Source of the DNA: Eledone cirrhosa
Lineage: Eukaryota
Length of the DNA: 64,000 nucleotides
NCBI GenBank assembly: GCA_964016885.1
Contig: OZ024741.1
Location: 10,912,001 to 10,976,000, forward strand
Direction of reading: 5' to 3'
A program made the translations under genes and the position numbers. The first letter of the stretch is position 1; the number at the start of each line of letters is the position of its first letter. Of this stretch, positions 13,750 through 29,800 are shown piece by piece. Below the pieces are notes generated by a model that worked only from the letters and a program-made list of their open reading frames with translations, had not been told where the DNA came from and did no database searches.

Positions 13750-16700
13750 GTACTTTACACTGTAGATATATTGTACGTTACATTGTTCACTGTAGGTATA
13801 TTGTACCTTACATTGTTCACTGTTGATGTATTGTACTTTATACTGTCACTGTAGGTATATTGTACCTTACACTGTTTACTGTAGATATATTGTACTTTAC
13901 ACTGTTTACTGTAGATATATTTTACTTTACATTGTTTACTGTAGATCTATTGTACTTTACACTGTTTACAGTAGATATATTGTACTTTACAATATTTTCT
14001 GTAGATATATTGTACTGTACACTGTTTACTGTAGATATATTGTACTTTACACTGTTTACTGTATATATATTGCACTTCACACTGTTTACAGTAGATATAT
14101 TATACTTCACACTGTTTACTGTAGATATATTGTACTTTACACTATTTAGTGTAGATATATTGTACTTTACACTGTTTACTGTAGATATATTGTACTTTAC
14201 ACTGTTTACTGTAGATATATTGTACTTTACACTGTTTACTGTAGACATATTGTACTTTACACTGTTTACTGTAGATATATTGTACTTTACACTGTTTACT
14301 GTAGATATATCGTACTTTACACTGTTTACAGTAGTTATATTATACTTTACACTTTTTACTATAGATATATTGTTTTTTACACTGTTTACTGTAGATATAT
14401 TGTACTTTACGCTGTTTACTGTAGATATATTGTACTTTACACTGTTTACTGTAGATATATTGAACTTTACACTGTTTACCGTAGATATATTGTACTTTAT
14501 ACTGTTTACAGTAGATATATTGTACTTTACACTCTTTACTGTAGATATATTGTTCTTTACACTGTTCACTGTAGATATATTGTACTTTACACTGTTTATA
14601 GTAGTGACATTGTACTTTACACTGTTTACTGTAGATATATTGTACTTTACACTATTTACTGTAGATATATTCTACTTTACACTGTCCACTGTAGATATAT
14701 TGTACTTTACCCTGTTTACAGTAGATATATTGTACTTTACACTGTTTACTGTAGATATATTTTACTTTACACTGTTTACAGTAGATATATTGTAGTTTAC
14801 ACTGTTTACTGTAGATATATTATACTTTACACTGTTTACTGTAGATATATTGTACTTTACACTGTTTACTGTAGATATATTGTACTTTACACTGTTTAAA
14901 GTAGATATATTGTAATTTACACTGTTTACTGTAGATATATTGTACTTTACACTGTTTACCCTAGATCTATTGTACTTGACACTCTTTACTGTAGCTATAT
15001 TGTACTTTACACTGTTTACAGTGGATATATTTTACTTTACACTGTTTACTGTAGATATATTGTACTTTTCACTGTTTACTGTAGATATATTGTACTTTAC
15101 ACTTTTTACTGTAGATATATTGTACTTTACACTGTTTACTGTAGACATATTGTTCTTTACACTGTTTACTGTAGATATATTGTACTTTACGCTGTTTACT
15201 GTAGATATATTGTACTTTACATGTTTACTGTAGATATATTGTGCTTTACACTGTATACTGTATATATATTGTACTTTACACTGTTTACTGTAGATATATT
15301 GTACTTTACACTGTTTACTGTAGATATATTGTACTTTACACTGTTTACTGCAGATATATTGTAATTTACATTGTTTACTGTAGATATATTGTACTTTATA
15401 CTGTTTACTGTAGATATATTGTACTTTACACTGTTTACTGTAGATATATTGTACTTTATACTGTTTACTGTAGACATATTGTACTTTACACTTTTTACTG
15501 TAGATATATTGTAGTTTACACTGTTTACAGTAGATATATTGTAGTTTACACTTTTTACTGTAGATATATTTACTTTGTACTGTTTACTGTAGATATATTG
15601 TAGTTTACACTGTTTACTGTAGATATATTGTACTTTACACTGTTTACTGTAGATATATTGTACTTTATACTGTTTACTGTAGATATATTGTACTTTACAC
15701 TGTAGATATATTGTACGTTACATTGTTCACTGTAGGTATATTGTACCTTACATTGTTCACTGTAGATGTATTGTACTTTATACTGTCACTGTAGGTATAT
15801 TGTACTTTACACTGTTTACTGTAGATATATTGTACTTTACACTGTTTACTGTAGATATTTTGTACTTTACACAGTTTACTGTAGATATATTTATGTTATA
15901 CTGTTTACTGTAGACATATTGTACTTTACACTATTTATTGTAGATATATTGTACTTTATACTGTTTACTGTAGACATATTGTACTTTACACTGTTTACTG
16001 TAGATATATTGAAGTTTACACTGTTTACTGTAGATATATTGTATTTTGTACTGTTTACTGTAGATATATTTTACTTTACACTGTTTAAAGTAGATATATT
16101 GTACTTTACACTGTTTACTGTAGATATATTGTACTTTACACTGTTTACTCTAGATATATTTTACTTGACACTCTTTACTGTAGCTATATTGTACTTTACA
16201 CTGTTTACAGTGGATATTTTTTACTTTACACTGTTTACTGTAGATATATTGTACTTTACACTGTTTACTGTAGATATATTGTACTCTACACTATTTACAG
16301 TAGATACATTATACTTTACACTGTTTACTGTAGATATATTGTTCTTTGCACTGTTTACTGTAGATATATTGTACTTTACAATATTTACTGTAGATATATT
16401 GTACTTTACACTGTTTACTGTAGATATATTGTACTTTACACGGTTTACTGTATATATATTGTACTTCACACTGTTTACAGTGGATATATTATACATTACA
16501 CTGTTTACTGTAGATATATTGTACTTTACACTATTTAGTGTAGATATATTGTACTTTACACTGTTTACTGTAGATACATTGTACTTTACGCTGTTTACTG
16601 TAGATATATTGTACTTTACATGTTTACTGTAGATATATTGTGCTTTACACTGTATACTGTAGATATATTTTACTTTACACTGTTTACTGTAGATATATTG

Positions 16701-19700
16701 TACTTTGCACTGTTTACTGTAGATATATTGTACTTTACACTGTTTATTGTAGATATATTTTAATTTACATTGTTTACTGTAGATATATTGTACTTTACAC
16801 TGTTTACAGTAGATATATTGTACTTTACACTGTTTACTGTAGATATATTATACTTTACACTGTTTACTGTAGATATATTGTACTTTACACTGTTTACTGT
16901 AGATATATTGTACTTTATACTCTTTACTGTAGACATATTGTACTTTACACTGTTTACTGTTGATATATTGTAGTTTACACTGTTTACTGTAGATATATTG
17001 TACTTTACACTGTTTACTGTAGATATATTGTACTTTATACTGCTTACTGTAGATATATTGTACTTTACACTGTTTACAGTGGATATATTTTACTTTACAC
17101 TGTTTACTGTAGATATATTGTACTTTACACTGTTTACTGTAGATATATTGTACTTTACACTGTTCACTTTAGATATATTATACTTTACACTGTTTACAGT
17201 AGATATAATGTACTTTACAATATTTACTGTAGATATATTGTACTTTACACTATTTACTGTAGATATATTGTACTTTACACTGTTTACTGTAGATATATTG
17301 TACTTTACACTGTTTACAGTAGATATATTGTACTTTATACTGTTTACTGTAGACATATTGTACTTTACACTGTTTACTGTAGATATATTGTAGTTTACAC
17401 TGTAGATATATTGTACGTTACATTGTTCACTGTAGGTATATTGTACCTTACATTGCTCACTGTTGATGTATTGTACTTTATACTGTCACTGTAGGTATAT
17501 TGTACCTTACACTGTTTACTGTAGATATATTGTACTTTACACTGTTTACTGTAGATATATTTTACTTTACATTGTTTACTGTAGATCTATTGTACTTTAC
17601 ACTGTTTACAGTAGATATATTGTACTTTACAATATTTTCTGTAGATATATTGTACTGTACACTGTTTACTGTAGATATATTGTACTTTACACTGTTTACT
17701 GTATATATATTGCACTTCACACTGTTTACAGTAGATATATTATACTTCACACTGTTTACTGTAGATATATTGTACTTTACACTATTTAGTGTAGATATAT
17801 TGTACTTTACACTGTTTACTGTAGATATATTGTACTTTACACTGTTTACTGTAGATATATTGTACTTTACATTGTTTACTGTAGACATATTGTACTTTAC
17901 ACTGTTTACTGTAGATATATTGTACTTTACACTGTTTACTGTAGATATATCGTACTTTACACTGTTTACAGTAGTTATATTATACTTTACACTTTTTACT
18001 ATAGATATATTGTTTTTTACACTGTTTACTGTAGATATATTGTACTTTACGCTGTTTACTGTAGATATATTGTACTTTACACTGTTTACTGTAGATATAT
18101 TGAACTTTACACTGTTTACCGTAGATATATTGTACTTTATACTGTTTACAGTAGATATATTGTACTTTACACTGTTTACTGTAGATATATTGTTCTTTAC
18201 ACTGTTCACTGTAGATATATTGTACTTTACACTGTTTATAGTAGTGACATTGTACTTTACCTTGTTTACTGTAGATATATTGTACTTTACACTATTTACT
18301 GTAGATATATTCTACTTTACACTGTCCACTGTAGATATATTGTACTTTACCCTGTTTACAGTAGATATATTGTACTTTACACTGTTTACTGTAGATATAT
18401 TTTACTTTACACTGTTTACAGTAGATATATTGTAGTTTACACTGTTTACTGTAGATATATTATACTTTACACTGTTTACTGTAGATATATTGTACTTTAC
18501 ACTGTTTACTGTAGATATATTGTACTTTACACTGTTTAAAGTAGATATATTGTAATTTACACTGTTTACTGTAGATATATTGTACTTTACACTGTTTACC
18601 CTAGATCTATTGTACTTGACACTCTTTACTGTAGCTATATTGTACTTTACACTGTTTACAGTGGATATATTTTACTTTACACTGTTTACTGTAGATATAT
18701 TGTACTTTTCACTGTTTACTGTAGATATATTGTACTTTACACTTTTTACTGTAGATATATTGTACTTTACACTGTTTACTGTAGACATATTGTTCTTTAC
18801 ACTGTTTACTGTAGATATATTGTACTTTACGCTGTTTACTGTAGATATATTGTACTTTACATGTTTACTGTAGATATATTGTGCTTTACACTGTATACTG
18901 TATATATATTGTACTTTACACTGTTTACTGTAGATATATTGTACTTTACACTGTTTACTGTAGATATATTGTACTTTACACTGTTTACTGCAGATATATT
19001 GTAATTTACATTGTTTACTGTAGATATATTGTACTTTATACTGTTTACTGTAGATATATTGTACTTTACACTGTTTACTGTAGATATATTGTACTTTATA
19101 CTGTTTACTGTAGACATATTGTACTTTACACTTTTTACTGTAGATATATTGTAGTTTACACTGTTTACTGTAGATATATTGTATATTATACTGTTTACTG
19201 TACACATATTGTACTTTACACTGTTTACAGTAGATATATTGTAGTTTACACTTTTTACTGTAGATATATTTACTTTGTACTGTTTACTGTAGATATATTG
19301 TAGTTTACACTGTTTACTGTAGATATATTGTACTTTACACTGTTTACTGTAGATATATTGTACTTTATACTGTTTACTGTAGATATATTTACTTTACACT
19401 GTTTTTTGTAGATATATTGTACTTTTTACTGTTTACTGTAGACATATTGTACTTTACACTGTTTACTGTAGATATATTGTACTTTACACTGTAGATATAT
19501 TGTACGTTACATTGTTCACTGTAGATGTATTGTACTTTATACTGTCACTGTAGGTATATTGTACTTTACACTGTTTACTGTAGATATATTGTACTTTACA
19601 CTGTTTACTGTAGATATTTTGTACTTTACACAGTTTACTGTAGATATATTTATGTTATACTGTTTACTGTAGACATATTGTACTTTACACTATTTATTGT

Positions 19701-20900
19701 AGATATATTGTACTTTATACTGTTTACTGTAGACATATTGTACTTTACACTGTTTACTGTAGATATATTGAAGTTTACACTGTTTACTGTAGATATATTG
19801 TATTTTGTACTGTTTACTGTAGATATATTTTACTTTACACTGTTTACAGTAGATATATTGTACTTTACACTGTTTACTGTAGATATATTGTACTTTACAC
19901 TGTTTACTCTAGATATATTTTACTTGACACTCTTTACTGTAGCTATATTGTACTTTACACTGTTTACAGTGGATATTTTTTACTTTACACTGTTTACTGT
20001 AGATATATTGTACTTTACACTGTTTACTGTAGATATATTGTACTCTACACTATTTACAGTAGATACATTATACTTTACACTGTTTACTGTAGATATATTG
20101 TTCTTTGCACTGTTTACTGTAGATATATTGTACTTTACAATATTTACTGTAGATATATTGTACTTTACACTGTTTACTGTAGATATATTGTACTTTACAC
20201 GGTTTACTGTATATATATTGTACTTCACACTGTTTACAGTGGATATATTATACATTACACTGTTTACTGTAGATATATTGTACTTTACACTATTTAGTGT
20301 AGATATATTGTACTTTACACTGTTTACTGTAGATACATTGTACTTTACGCTGTTTACTGTAGATATATTGTACTTTGCACTGTTTACTGTAGATATATTG
20401 TACTTTACACTGTTTATTGTAGATATATTTTAATTTACATTGTTTACTGTAGATATATTGTACTTTACACTGTTTACAGTAGATATATTGTACTTTACAC
20501 TGTTTACTGTAGATATATTATACTTTACACTGTTTACTGTAGATATATTGTACTTTACACTGTTTACTGTAGATATATTGTACTTTATACTCTTTACTGT
20601 AGACATATTGTACTTTACACTGTTTACTGTAGATATATTGTACTTTACACTGTTTACTGTAGATATATTGTACTTTACACTGTTCACTTTAGATATATTA
20701 TACTTTACACTGTTTACAGTAGATATAATGTACTTTACAATATTTACTGTAGATATATTGTACTTTACACTATTTACTGTAGATATATTGTACTTTACAC
20801 TGTTTACTGTAGATATATTGTAGTTTACACTGTTTACAGTAGATATATTGTACTTTATACTGTTTACTGTAGACATATTGTACTTTACACTGTTTACTGT
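13750..20900 (+). repeat. Tandem duplication of a ~3.6-kb unit, 2 copies with internal monomer gains and losses
   Basis: ORF pairs 13823/17463, 13860/17500, 14940/18580 and 15241/18881 are offset by 3640, and 15766/19525 and 16221/19980 by 3759. Shared rare variants include TGTACTGTAC (14011/17651), GTAGTGACAT (14601/18241) and AGATATAATG (17201/20721). Boundaries are approximate. Confidence 0.9.
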
Positions 20901-23900
20901 AGATATATTGTAGTTTACACTGTTTACTGTAGATATATTGTATATTATACTGTTTACTGTACACATATTGTACTTTACACTGTTTACTGTAGATATATTG
21001 TAGTTTACACTGTTTTCTGTAGATATATTGTACTTTTTACTGTTTACTGTAGACATATTGTACTTTATACTGTTTACTGTAGATATATTGTACTTTGCAC
21101 AGTAGATATATTGTACGTTACATTGTTCACTGTAGGTATATTGTACCTTACATTGTTCACTGTAGATGTATTGTACTTTATACTGTCACTGTAGGTATAT
21201 TGTACTTTACACTGTTTACTGTAGATATATTGTACTTTACACTGTTTACTGTAGATATTTTGTACTTTACACTGTTTACTGTAGATATATTGTATGTTAT
21301 ACTGTTTACTGTAGACATATTGTACTTTACACTATTTACTGTAGATATATTGTACTTTATACTGTTTACTGTAGACATATTGTACTTTATACACTTTACT
21401 GTAGAAATATTGTACTTTACACTGTAGATATATTGTACGTTACATTGTTCACTGTAGGTATATTGTACGTTACATTGTTCACTGTAGATGTATTGTACTT
21501 TAGACTGTTCACTGTAGGTATATTGTACTTTACACTGTTTACTGTAGATATATTGTACTTTAAACTGTTTACTGTAGATATTTTGTACTTTACACTGTTT
21601 ACTGTAGACATATTGTACTTTACACTGTTTACTGTAGATATATTGTACTTTAGACTGTTTACTGTAGATATATTGTACTTTACACTGTTTACTGTATATA
21701 TATGGTACTTCACACTGTTTACAGTAGATATATTATACTTTACACTGTTTACTGTAGATATATTGTACTTTACACTATTTAGTGTAGATATATTGTACTT
21801 TACACTGTTTACTGTAGATATATTGTACTTTACGCTGTTTACTGTAGATATATTGTACTTTACATGTTTACTGTAGATATATTGTACTTTACACTGTTTA
21901 CAGTAGATATATTGTACTTTACACTGTTTATTGTAGATATATTTTAATTTACATTGTTTACTGTAGATATATTGTACTTTACACTGTTTACAGTAGATAT
22001 ATTGTACTTTACACTGTTTACTGTAGATATATTGTTCTTTACACTGTTTACTATAGATATATTGGACTTTACACTGTTTACTGTAGACATATTGTACTTT
22101 ACACTGTTTACTGTCGATATATTGTACTTCACACTGTTTACTGTAGATATATTGTAGTTTACACTGTTTACTGTAGATATATTGTTCTTTACACTGTTTA
22201 CTGTAGATATATTGTACTTTACACTGTTTACAGTAGATATATTGTACTTTACACTGTTTACTGTAGACATATTGTTCTTTACACTGTTTACTGTAGATAT
22301 ATTGTACTTTACGCTGTTTACTGTAGATATATTGTACTTTACATGTTTACTGTAGATATATTGTGCTTTACACTGTATACTGTATATATATTGTACTTTA
22401 CGCTGTTTACTGTAGATATATTGTACTTTACAAGTTTACTGTAGATATATTGTGCTTTACACTGTATACTGTAGATATATTGTACTTTACACTGTTTACT
22501 GTAGATTTATTATACTTTACACTGTTTACTGTAGATATATTGTACTTTACACTGTTTACTGTAGATATATTGTACTTTACACTGTTTACTGCAGATATAT
22601 TGTAATTTACATTGTTTACTGTAGATATATTGTACTTTATACTGTTTACTGTAGACATATTGTACTTTATACTGTTTACTGTAGATATATTGTACTTTAC
22701 ACTGTTTACCGTAGATATATTGTACTTTATACTGTTTACTGTAGACATATTGTACTTTACACTTTTTACTGTAGATATATTGTAGTTTACACTGTTTACT
22801 GTAGATATATTGTATATTATACTGTTTACTGTACACATATTGTACTTTACACTGTTTACTGTAGATATATTGTACTTTACACTGTTTACTGTAGATATAT
22901 TTACTTTGTACTGTTTACTGTAGAAATATTGTACTTTATACTGTTTACTGTAGATATATTGTACTTTATACTGTTTACTGTAGATATATTGTACTTTATA
23001 CTGTTTACTGTAGACATATTGTACTTTACACTGTTTACTGTAGATATATTGTAGTTTACACTGTTTACTGTAGATATATTGTACTTTACACTGTTTACTG
23101 TAGATATATTTACTTTATACTGTTTACTGTAGATATATTGTACTTTACACTGTTTTCTGTAGATATATTGTACTTTTTACTGTTTACTGTAGACATATTG
23201 TACTTTATACTGTTTACTGTAGATATATTGTACTTTACACTGTAGATATATTGTACGTTACATCGTTCACTGTAGGTATATTGTACCTTACATTGTTCAC
23301 TGTAGATGTATTGTACTTTATACTGTCACTGTAGGTATATTGTACTTTACACTGTTTACTGTAGATATATTGTACTTTACACTGTTTACTGTAGATATTT
23401 TGTACTTTACACAGTTTACTGTAGATATATTGTATGTTATACTGTTTACTGTAGACATATTGTACTTTACACTATTTATTGTAGATATATTGTACTTTAT
23501 ACTGTTTACTGTAGACATATTGTACTTTATACTCTTTATTGTAGATATATTGTACTTTACACTGTAGATATATTGTACGTTACATTGTTCACTGTAGGTA
23601 TATTGTACGTTACATTGTTCACTGTAGATGTATTGTACTTTAGAATGTTCACTGTAGGTATATTGTACTTTACACTGTTTACTGTAGATATTTTATACTT
23701 TACACTGTTAACTGTAAATATATTGTACTTTATACTGTTCACCGTAGGTATATTGTACTTTACACTGTTTACTGTAGATATATTCTACTTTACACAGTTC
23801 ACTGTAGATATATTGTACTTTACACTGTTTATAGTAGATACATTGTACTTTACACTATTTACTGTAGATATATTCTACTTTATACTGTCCACTGTAGATA

Positions 23901-24235
23901 TATTGTACTTTACACTGGTTACAGTAGATATATTGTACTTTCCACTGTTTACTGTAGATATATTGTAGTTTACACTGTTTACTGTAGATATATTATACTT
24001 TACACTGTTTACTGTAGATATATTGTACTTTTCACTGTTTACTGTAGATATGTTGTACTTTACACTGTTTATAGTAGATATATTGTACTTTACACTGTTT
24101 ACTGTAGATATATTGTACTTTACACTGTTTAATGTAGCTATATTGTACTTTACACTGTTTACTGTAGCTATATTGTACTTTACACTGTTTACAGTGGATA
24201 TATTTTACTTTACACTGTTTACTTTAGATATATTG

Positions 24236-26843
24236 TACTTTACACTGTTTACTGTAGATATATTGTACTTTTCACTGTTTACTGTAGATATATTGTACTT
24301 TACACTGTTTACTGTAGATATATTGTACTTTACACTGTTTACTGTAGACATATTGTTCTTTACACTGTTTACTGTAGATATATTGTACTTTACGCTGTTT
24401 ACTGTAGATATATTGTACTTTACATGTTTACTGTAGATATATTGTGCTTTACACTGTATACTGTATATATATTGTACTTTACACTGTTTACTGTAGATAT
24501 ATTGTACTTTACACTGTTTACTGTAGATATATTGTACTTTATACTGTTTACTGTAGACATATTGTACTTTACACTTTTTACTGTAGATATATTGTAGTTT
24601 ACACTGTTTACTGTAGATATATTGTATATTATACTGTTTACTGTACACATATTGTACTTTACACTGTTTACAGTAGATATATTGTAGTTTACACTTTTTA
24701 CTGTAGATATATTTAGTTTGTACTGTTTACTGTAGAAATATTGTACTTTATACTGTTTACTGTAGATATATTGTACTTTACACTGTTTACTGTAGATATA
24801 TTGTAATTTATACTGTTTACTGTAGACATATTGTACTTTACAGTTTACTGTAGATATATTGTACTTTACACTGTTTACTGTAGATATATTGTACTTTATA
24901 CTGTTCACCGTAGGTATGTTGTACTTCACTCTGTTTACTGTAGATATATTCTACTTTACACTGTTCACTGTAGATATATTGTACTTTACACTGTTTATAG
25001 TAGATACATTGTACTTTACACTATTTACTGTAGATATATTCTACTTCATACTGTCCACTGTAGATATATTGTACTTTACACTGGTTACAGTAGATATATT
25101 GTACTTTACACTGTTTACTGTAGATATATTTTACTTTACACTGTTTACAGTAGATATATTGTACTTTCCACTGTTTACTGTAGATATATTGTAGCTTACA
25201 CTGTTTACTGTACATATATTATACTTTACACTGTTTACTGTAGATATATTGTACTTTTCACTGTTTACTGTAGATATATTGTACTTTACACTGTTTACAG
25301 TAGATATATTGTACTTTACACTGTTTACTGTAGATATATTGTACTTTACACTGTTTACTGTATATATATTGTACTTTACACTGTTTACTGTAGCTATATT
25401 GTACTTTACACTGTTTACAGTGGATATACTTTACTTTACACTGTTTACTGTAGATATATTGTACATTACACTGTTTACTGTAGATATATTGTACTTTACA
25501 CTGTTTACAGTAGATATATTATACTTTACACTGTTTACTGTAGATATATTGTACTTTTCACTGTTTACTGTAGATATATTGTACTTTACACTGTTTACTG
25601 TAGATATATTGTACTTTACACTGTTTACTGTAGACATATTGTTCTTTACACTGTTTACTGTAGATATATTGTACTTTACGCTGTTTACTGTAGATATATT
25701 GTACTTTACATGTTTACTGTAGATATATTGTGCTTTACACTGTATACTGTATATATATTGTACTTTACACTGTTTACTGTAGATATATTGTACTTTACAC
25801 TGTTTACTGTAGATATATTGTACTTTATACTGTTTACTGTAGACATATTGTACTTTACACTTTTTACTGTAGATATATTGTAGTTTACACTGTTTACTGT
25901 AGATATATTGTATATTATACTGTTTACTGTACACATATTGTACTTTACACTGTTTACAGTAGATATATTGTAGTTTACACTTTTTACTGTAGATATATTT
26001 AGTTTGTACTGTTTACTGTAGAAATATTGTACTTTATACTGTTTACTGTAGATATATTGTACTTTACACTGTTTACTGTAGATATATTGTAATTTATACT
26101 GTTTACTGTAGACATATTGTACTTTACAGTTTACTGTAGATATATTGTACTTTACACTGTTTACTGTAGATATATTGTACTTTATGCTGTTCACCGTAGG
26201 TATGTTGTACTTCACTCTGTTTACTGTAGATATATTCTACTTTACACTGTTCACTGTAGATATATTGTACTTTACACTGTTTATAGTAGATACATTGTAC
26301 TTTACACTATTTACTGTAGATATATTCTACTTCATACTGTCCACTGTAGATATATTGTACTTTACACTGGTTACAGTAGATATATTGTACTTTACACTGT
26401 TTACTGTAGATATATTTTACTTTACACTGTTTACAGTAGATATATTGTACTTTCCACTGTTTACTGTAGATATATTGTAGCTTACACTGTTTACTGTACA
26501 TATATTATACTTTACACTGTTTACTGTAGATATATTGTACTTTTCACTGTTTACTGTAGATATATTGTACTTTACACTGTTTACAGTAGATATATTGTAC
26601 TTTACACTGTTTACTGTAGATATATTGTACTTTACACTGTTTACTGTATATATATTGTACTTTACACTGTTTACTGTAGCTATATTGTACTTTACACTGT
26701 TTACAGTGGATATACTTTACTTTACACTGTTTACTGTAGATATATTGTACATTACACTGTTTACTGTAGATATATTGTACTTTACACTGTTTACAGTAGA
26801 TATATTATACTTTACACTGTTTACTGTAGATATATTGTACTTT
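24236..26843 (+). repeat. Tandem duplication of a 1,286-bp unit (43 monomers), 2 copies
   Basis: ORF pairs 24420/25706, 24444/25730, 24831/26117, 24859/26145, 25021/26307 and 25249/26535 are all offset by 1286. The copies share rare variants (ATTTAGTTTGTAC, GGTATGTTGTACTTCACTCTG, GGATATACTTTAC). 1286 = 43x30 - 4. Confidence 0.95.
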
Positions 26844-29800
26844 ACACTGTTCACTTTAGATATATTGTACTTTACACTGTTTACAGTAGATATATTGTAC
26901 TTTACAATATTTACTGTAGATATATTGTACTTTACACTGTTTACTGTAGATATATTGTACATTACACTGTTTACTGTATATATATTATACTTCACACTGT
27001 TTACAGTAGATATATTATAGTTTACACTGTTTACTGTAGATATATTTTACTTTACACTATTTAGTGTAGATATATTGTACTTTACACTGTTTACTGTAGA
27101 TATATTGTACTTTACACTGTTTACTGTAGATATATTGTACTTTACACTGTTTACAGTAGTTATATTATACTTTACACTTTTTACTGTAGATATATTGTTT
27201 TTACACTGTTTACTGTAGATATATTGTACTTTACGCTGTTTACTGTAGATATATTGTACTTTACACTGTTTACTGTAGATATATTGTACTTTACACAGTT
27301 CACTTTAGATATATTGTTTTTTGCACTGTTTACTGTAGATATATTGTACTTTACAATATTTATTGTAGATATATTGTACTTTACACTGTTTACTGTAGAT
27401 ATATTGTACTTTACACTGTTTACTGTATATATATTGTACTTCACACTGTTTACAGTAGATATATTATACTTTACACTGTTTACTGTAGATATATTGTACT
27501 TTACACTATTTAGTGTAGATATATTGTACTTTACACTGTTTACTGTAGATATATTGTACTTTACGCTGTTTACTGTAGATATATTGTACTTTACATGTTT
27601 ACTGTAGATATATTGTGCTTTACACTGTATACTGTAGATATATTGTACTTTACACTGTTTACTGTAGATATATTATACTTTACACTGTTTACTGTAGATA
27701 TATTGTACTTTATACTGTTTACTGTAGATATATTGTACTTTACACTGTTTACTGCAGATATATTGTAATTTACATTGTTTACTGTAGATATATTGTACTT
27801 TATACTGTTTACTGTAGACATATTGTACTTTATACTGTTTACTGTAGATATATTGTACTTTACACTGTTTACTGTAGATATATTGTACTTTATACTGTTT
27901 ACTGTAGACATATTGTACTTTACACTTTTTATTGTAGATATATTGTAGTTTACACTGTTTACTGTAGATATATTGTATATTATACTGTTTACTGTACACA
28001 TATTGTACTTTACACTGTTTACTGTAGATATATTGTACTTTACACTGTTTACTGTAGATATATTTACTTTGTACTGTTTACTGTAGAAATATTGTACTTT
28101 ATACTGTTTATTGTAGATATATTGTACTTTACACTGTTTACTGTAGATATATTGTACTTTATATTGTTTACTGTAGACATATTGTACTTTACACTGTTTA
28201 CTGTAGATACATTGTAGTTTACACTGTTTACTGTAGATATATTGTACTTTACACTGTTTACTGTAGATATATTGTACTTTATACTGTTTACTGTAGATAT
28301 ATTGTACTTTACACTGTAGATATATTGTACGTTACATCGTTCACTGTAGGTATATTGTACCTTACATTGTTCACTGTAGATGTATTGTACTTTATACTGT
28401 CACTATAGGTATATTGTACTTTACACTGTTTACTGTAGATATATTGTACTTTACACTGTTTACTGTAGATATTTTGTACTTTACACAGTTTACTGTAGAT
28501 ATATTGTATGTTATACTGTTTACTGTAGACATATTGTACTTTACACTATTTAATGTAGATAGATTGTACTTTATACTGTTTACTGTAGACATATTGTACT
28601 TTATACTCTTTATTGTAGATATATTGTACTTTACACTGTAGATATATTGTACGTTACATTCTTCACTGTAGGTATATTGTACGTTACATTGTTCACTGTA
28701 GATGTATTGTACTTTAGAATGTTCACTGTAGGTATATTGTACTTTACACTGTTTACTGTAGATATGTTGTACTTTACACTGTTAACTGTAAATATATTGT
28801 ACTTTATACTGTTCACCGTAGGTATATTGTACTTTACACTGTTTACTGTAGATATATTCTACTTTACACAGTTCACTGTAGATATATTGTACTTTACACT
28901 GTTTATAGTAGATACATTGTACTTTACACTATTTACTGTAGATATATTCTACTTTATACTGTCCACTGTAGATATATTGAACTTTACACTGGTTACAGTA
29001 GATATATTGTACTTTCCACTGTTTACTGTAGATATATTGTAGTTTACACTGTTTACTGTAGATATATTATACTTTACACTGTTTACTGTAGATATATTGT
29101 ACTTTTCACTGTTTACTGTAGATATGTTGTACTTTACACTGTTTATAGTAGATATATTGTACTTTACACTGTTTACTGTAGATATATTGTACTTTACACT
29201 GTTTAATGTAGCTATATTGTACTTTACACTGTTTACTGTAGCTATATTGCACTTTACACTGTTTACAGTGGATATATTTTACTTTACACTGTTTACTTTA
29301 GATATATTTACTTTACACTGTTTACTGTAGATATATTGTACTTTACACTGTTCACTTTAGATATATTGTACTTTACACTGTTTACAGTAGATATATTGTA
29401 CTTTACAATATTTACTGTAGATATATTGTACTTTACACTATCTATTGTAGATATATTGTACTTTACAATGTTTACTGTAGATATATTGTACTTTACACTG
29501 TTTAGAGTAGATATATTGTACTTTATACTGTTTACTGTAGACATATTGTACTTTACACTGTTTACTGTAGATATATTGTAGTTTACACTGTTTACTGTAG
29601 ATATATTGTACTTTGTACTGTTTACTGTAGAAATATTGTACTTTATACTGTTTACTGTAGATATATTGTACTTTACACTGTTTACTGTAGATACATTGTA
29701 CTTTATACTGTTTACTGTAGACATATTGTACTTTACACTGTTTACTGTAGATATATTGTAGTTTACACTGTTTACTGTAGATATATTGTACTTTACACTG

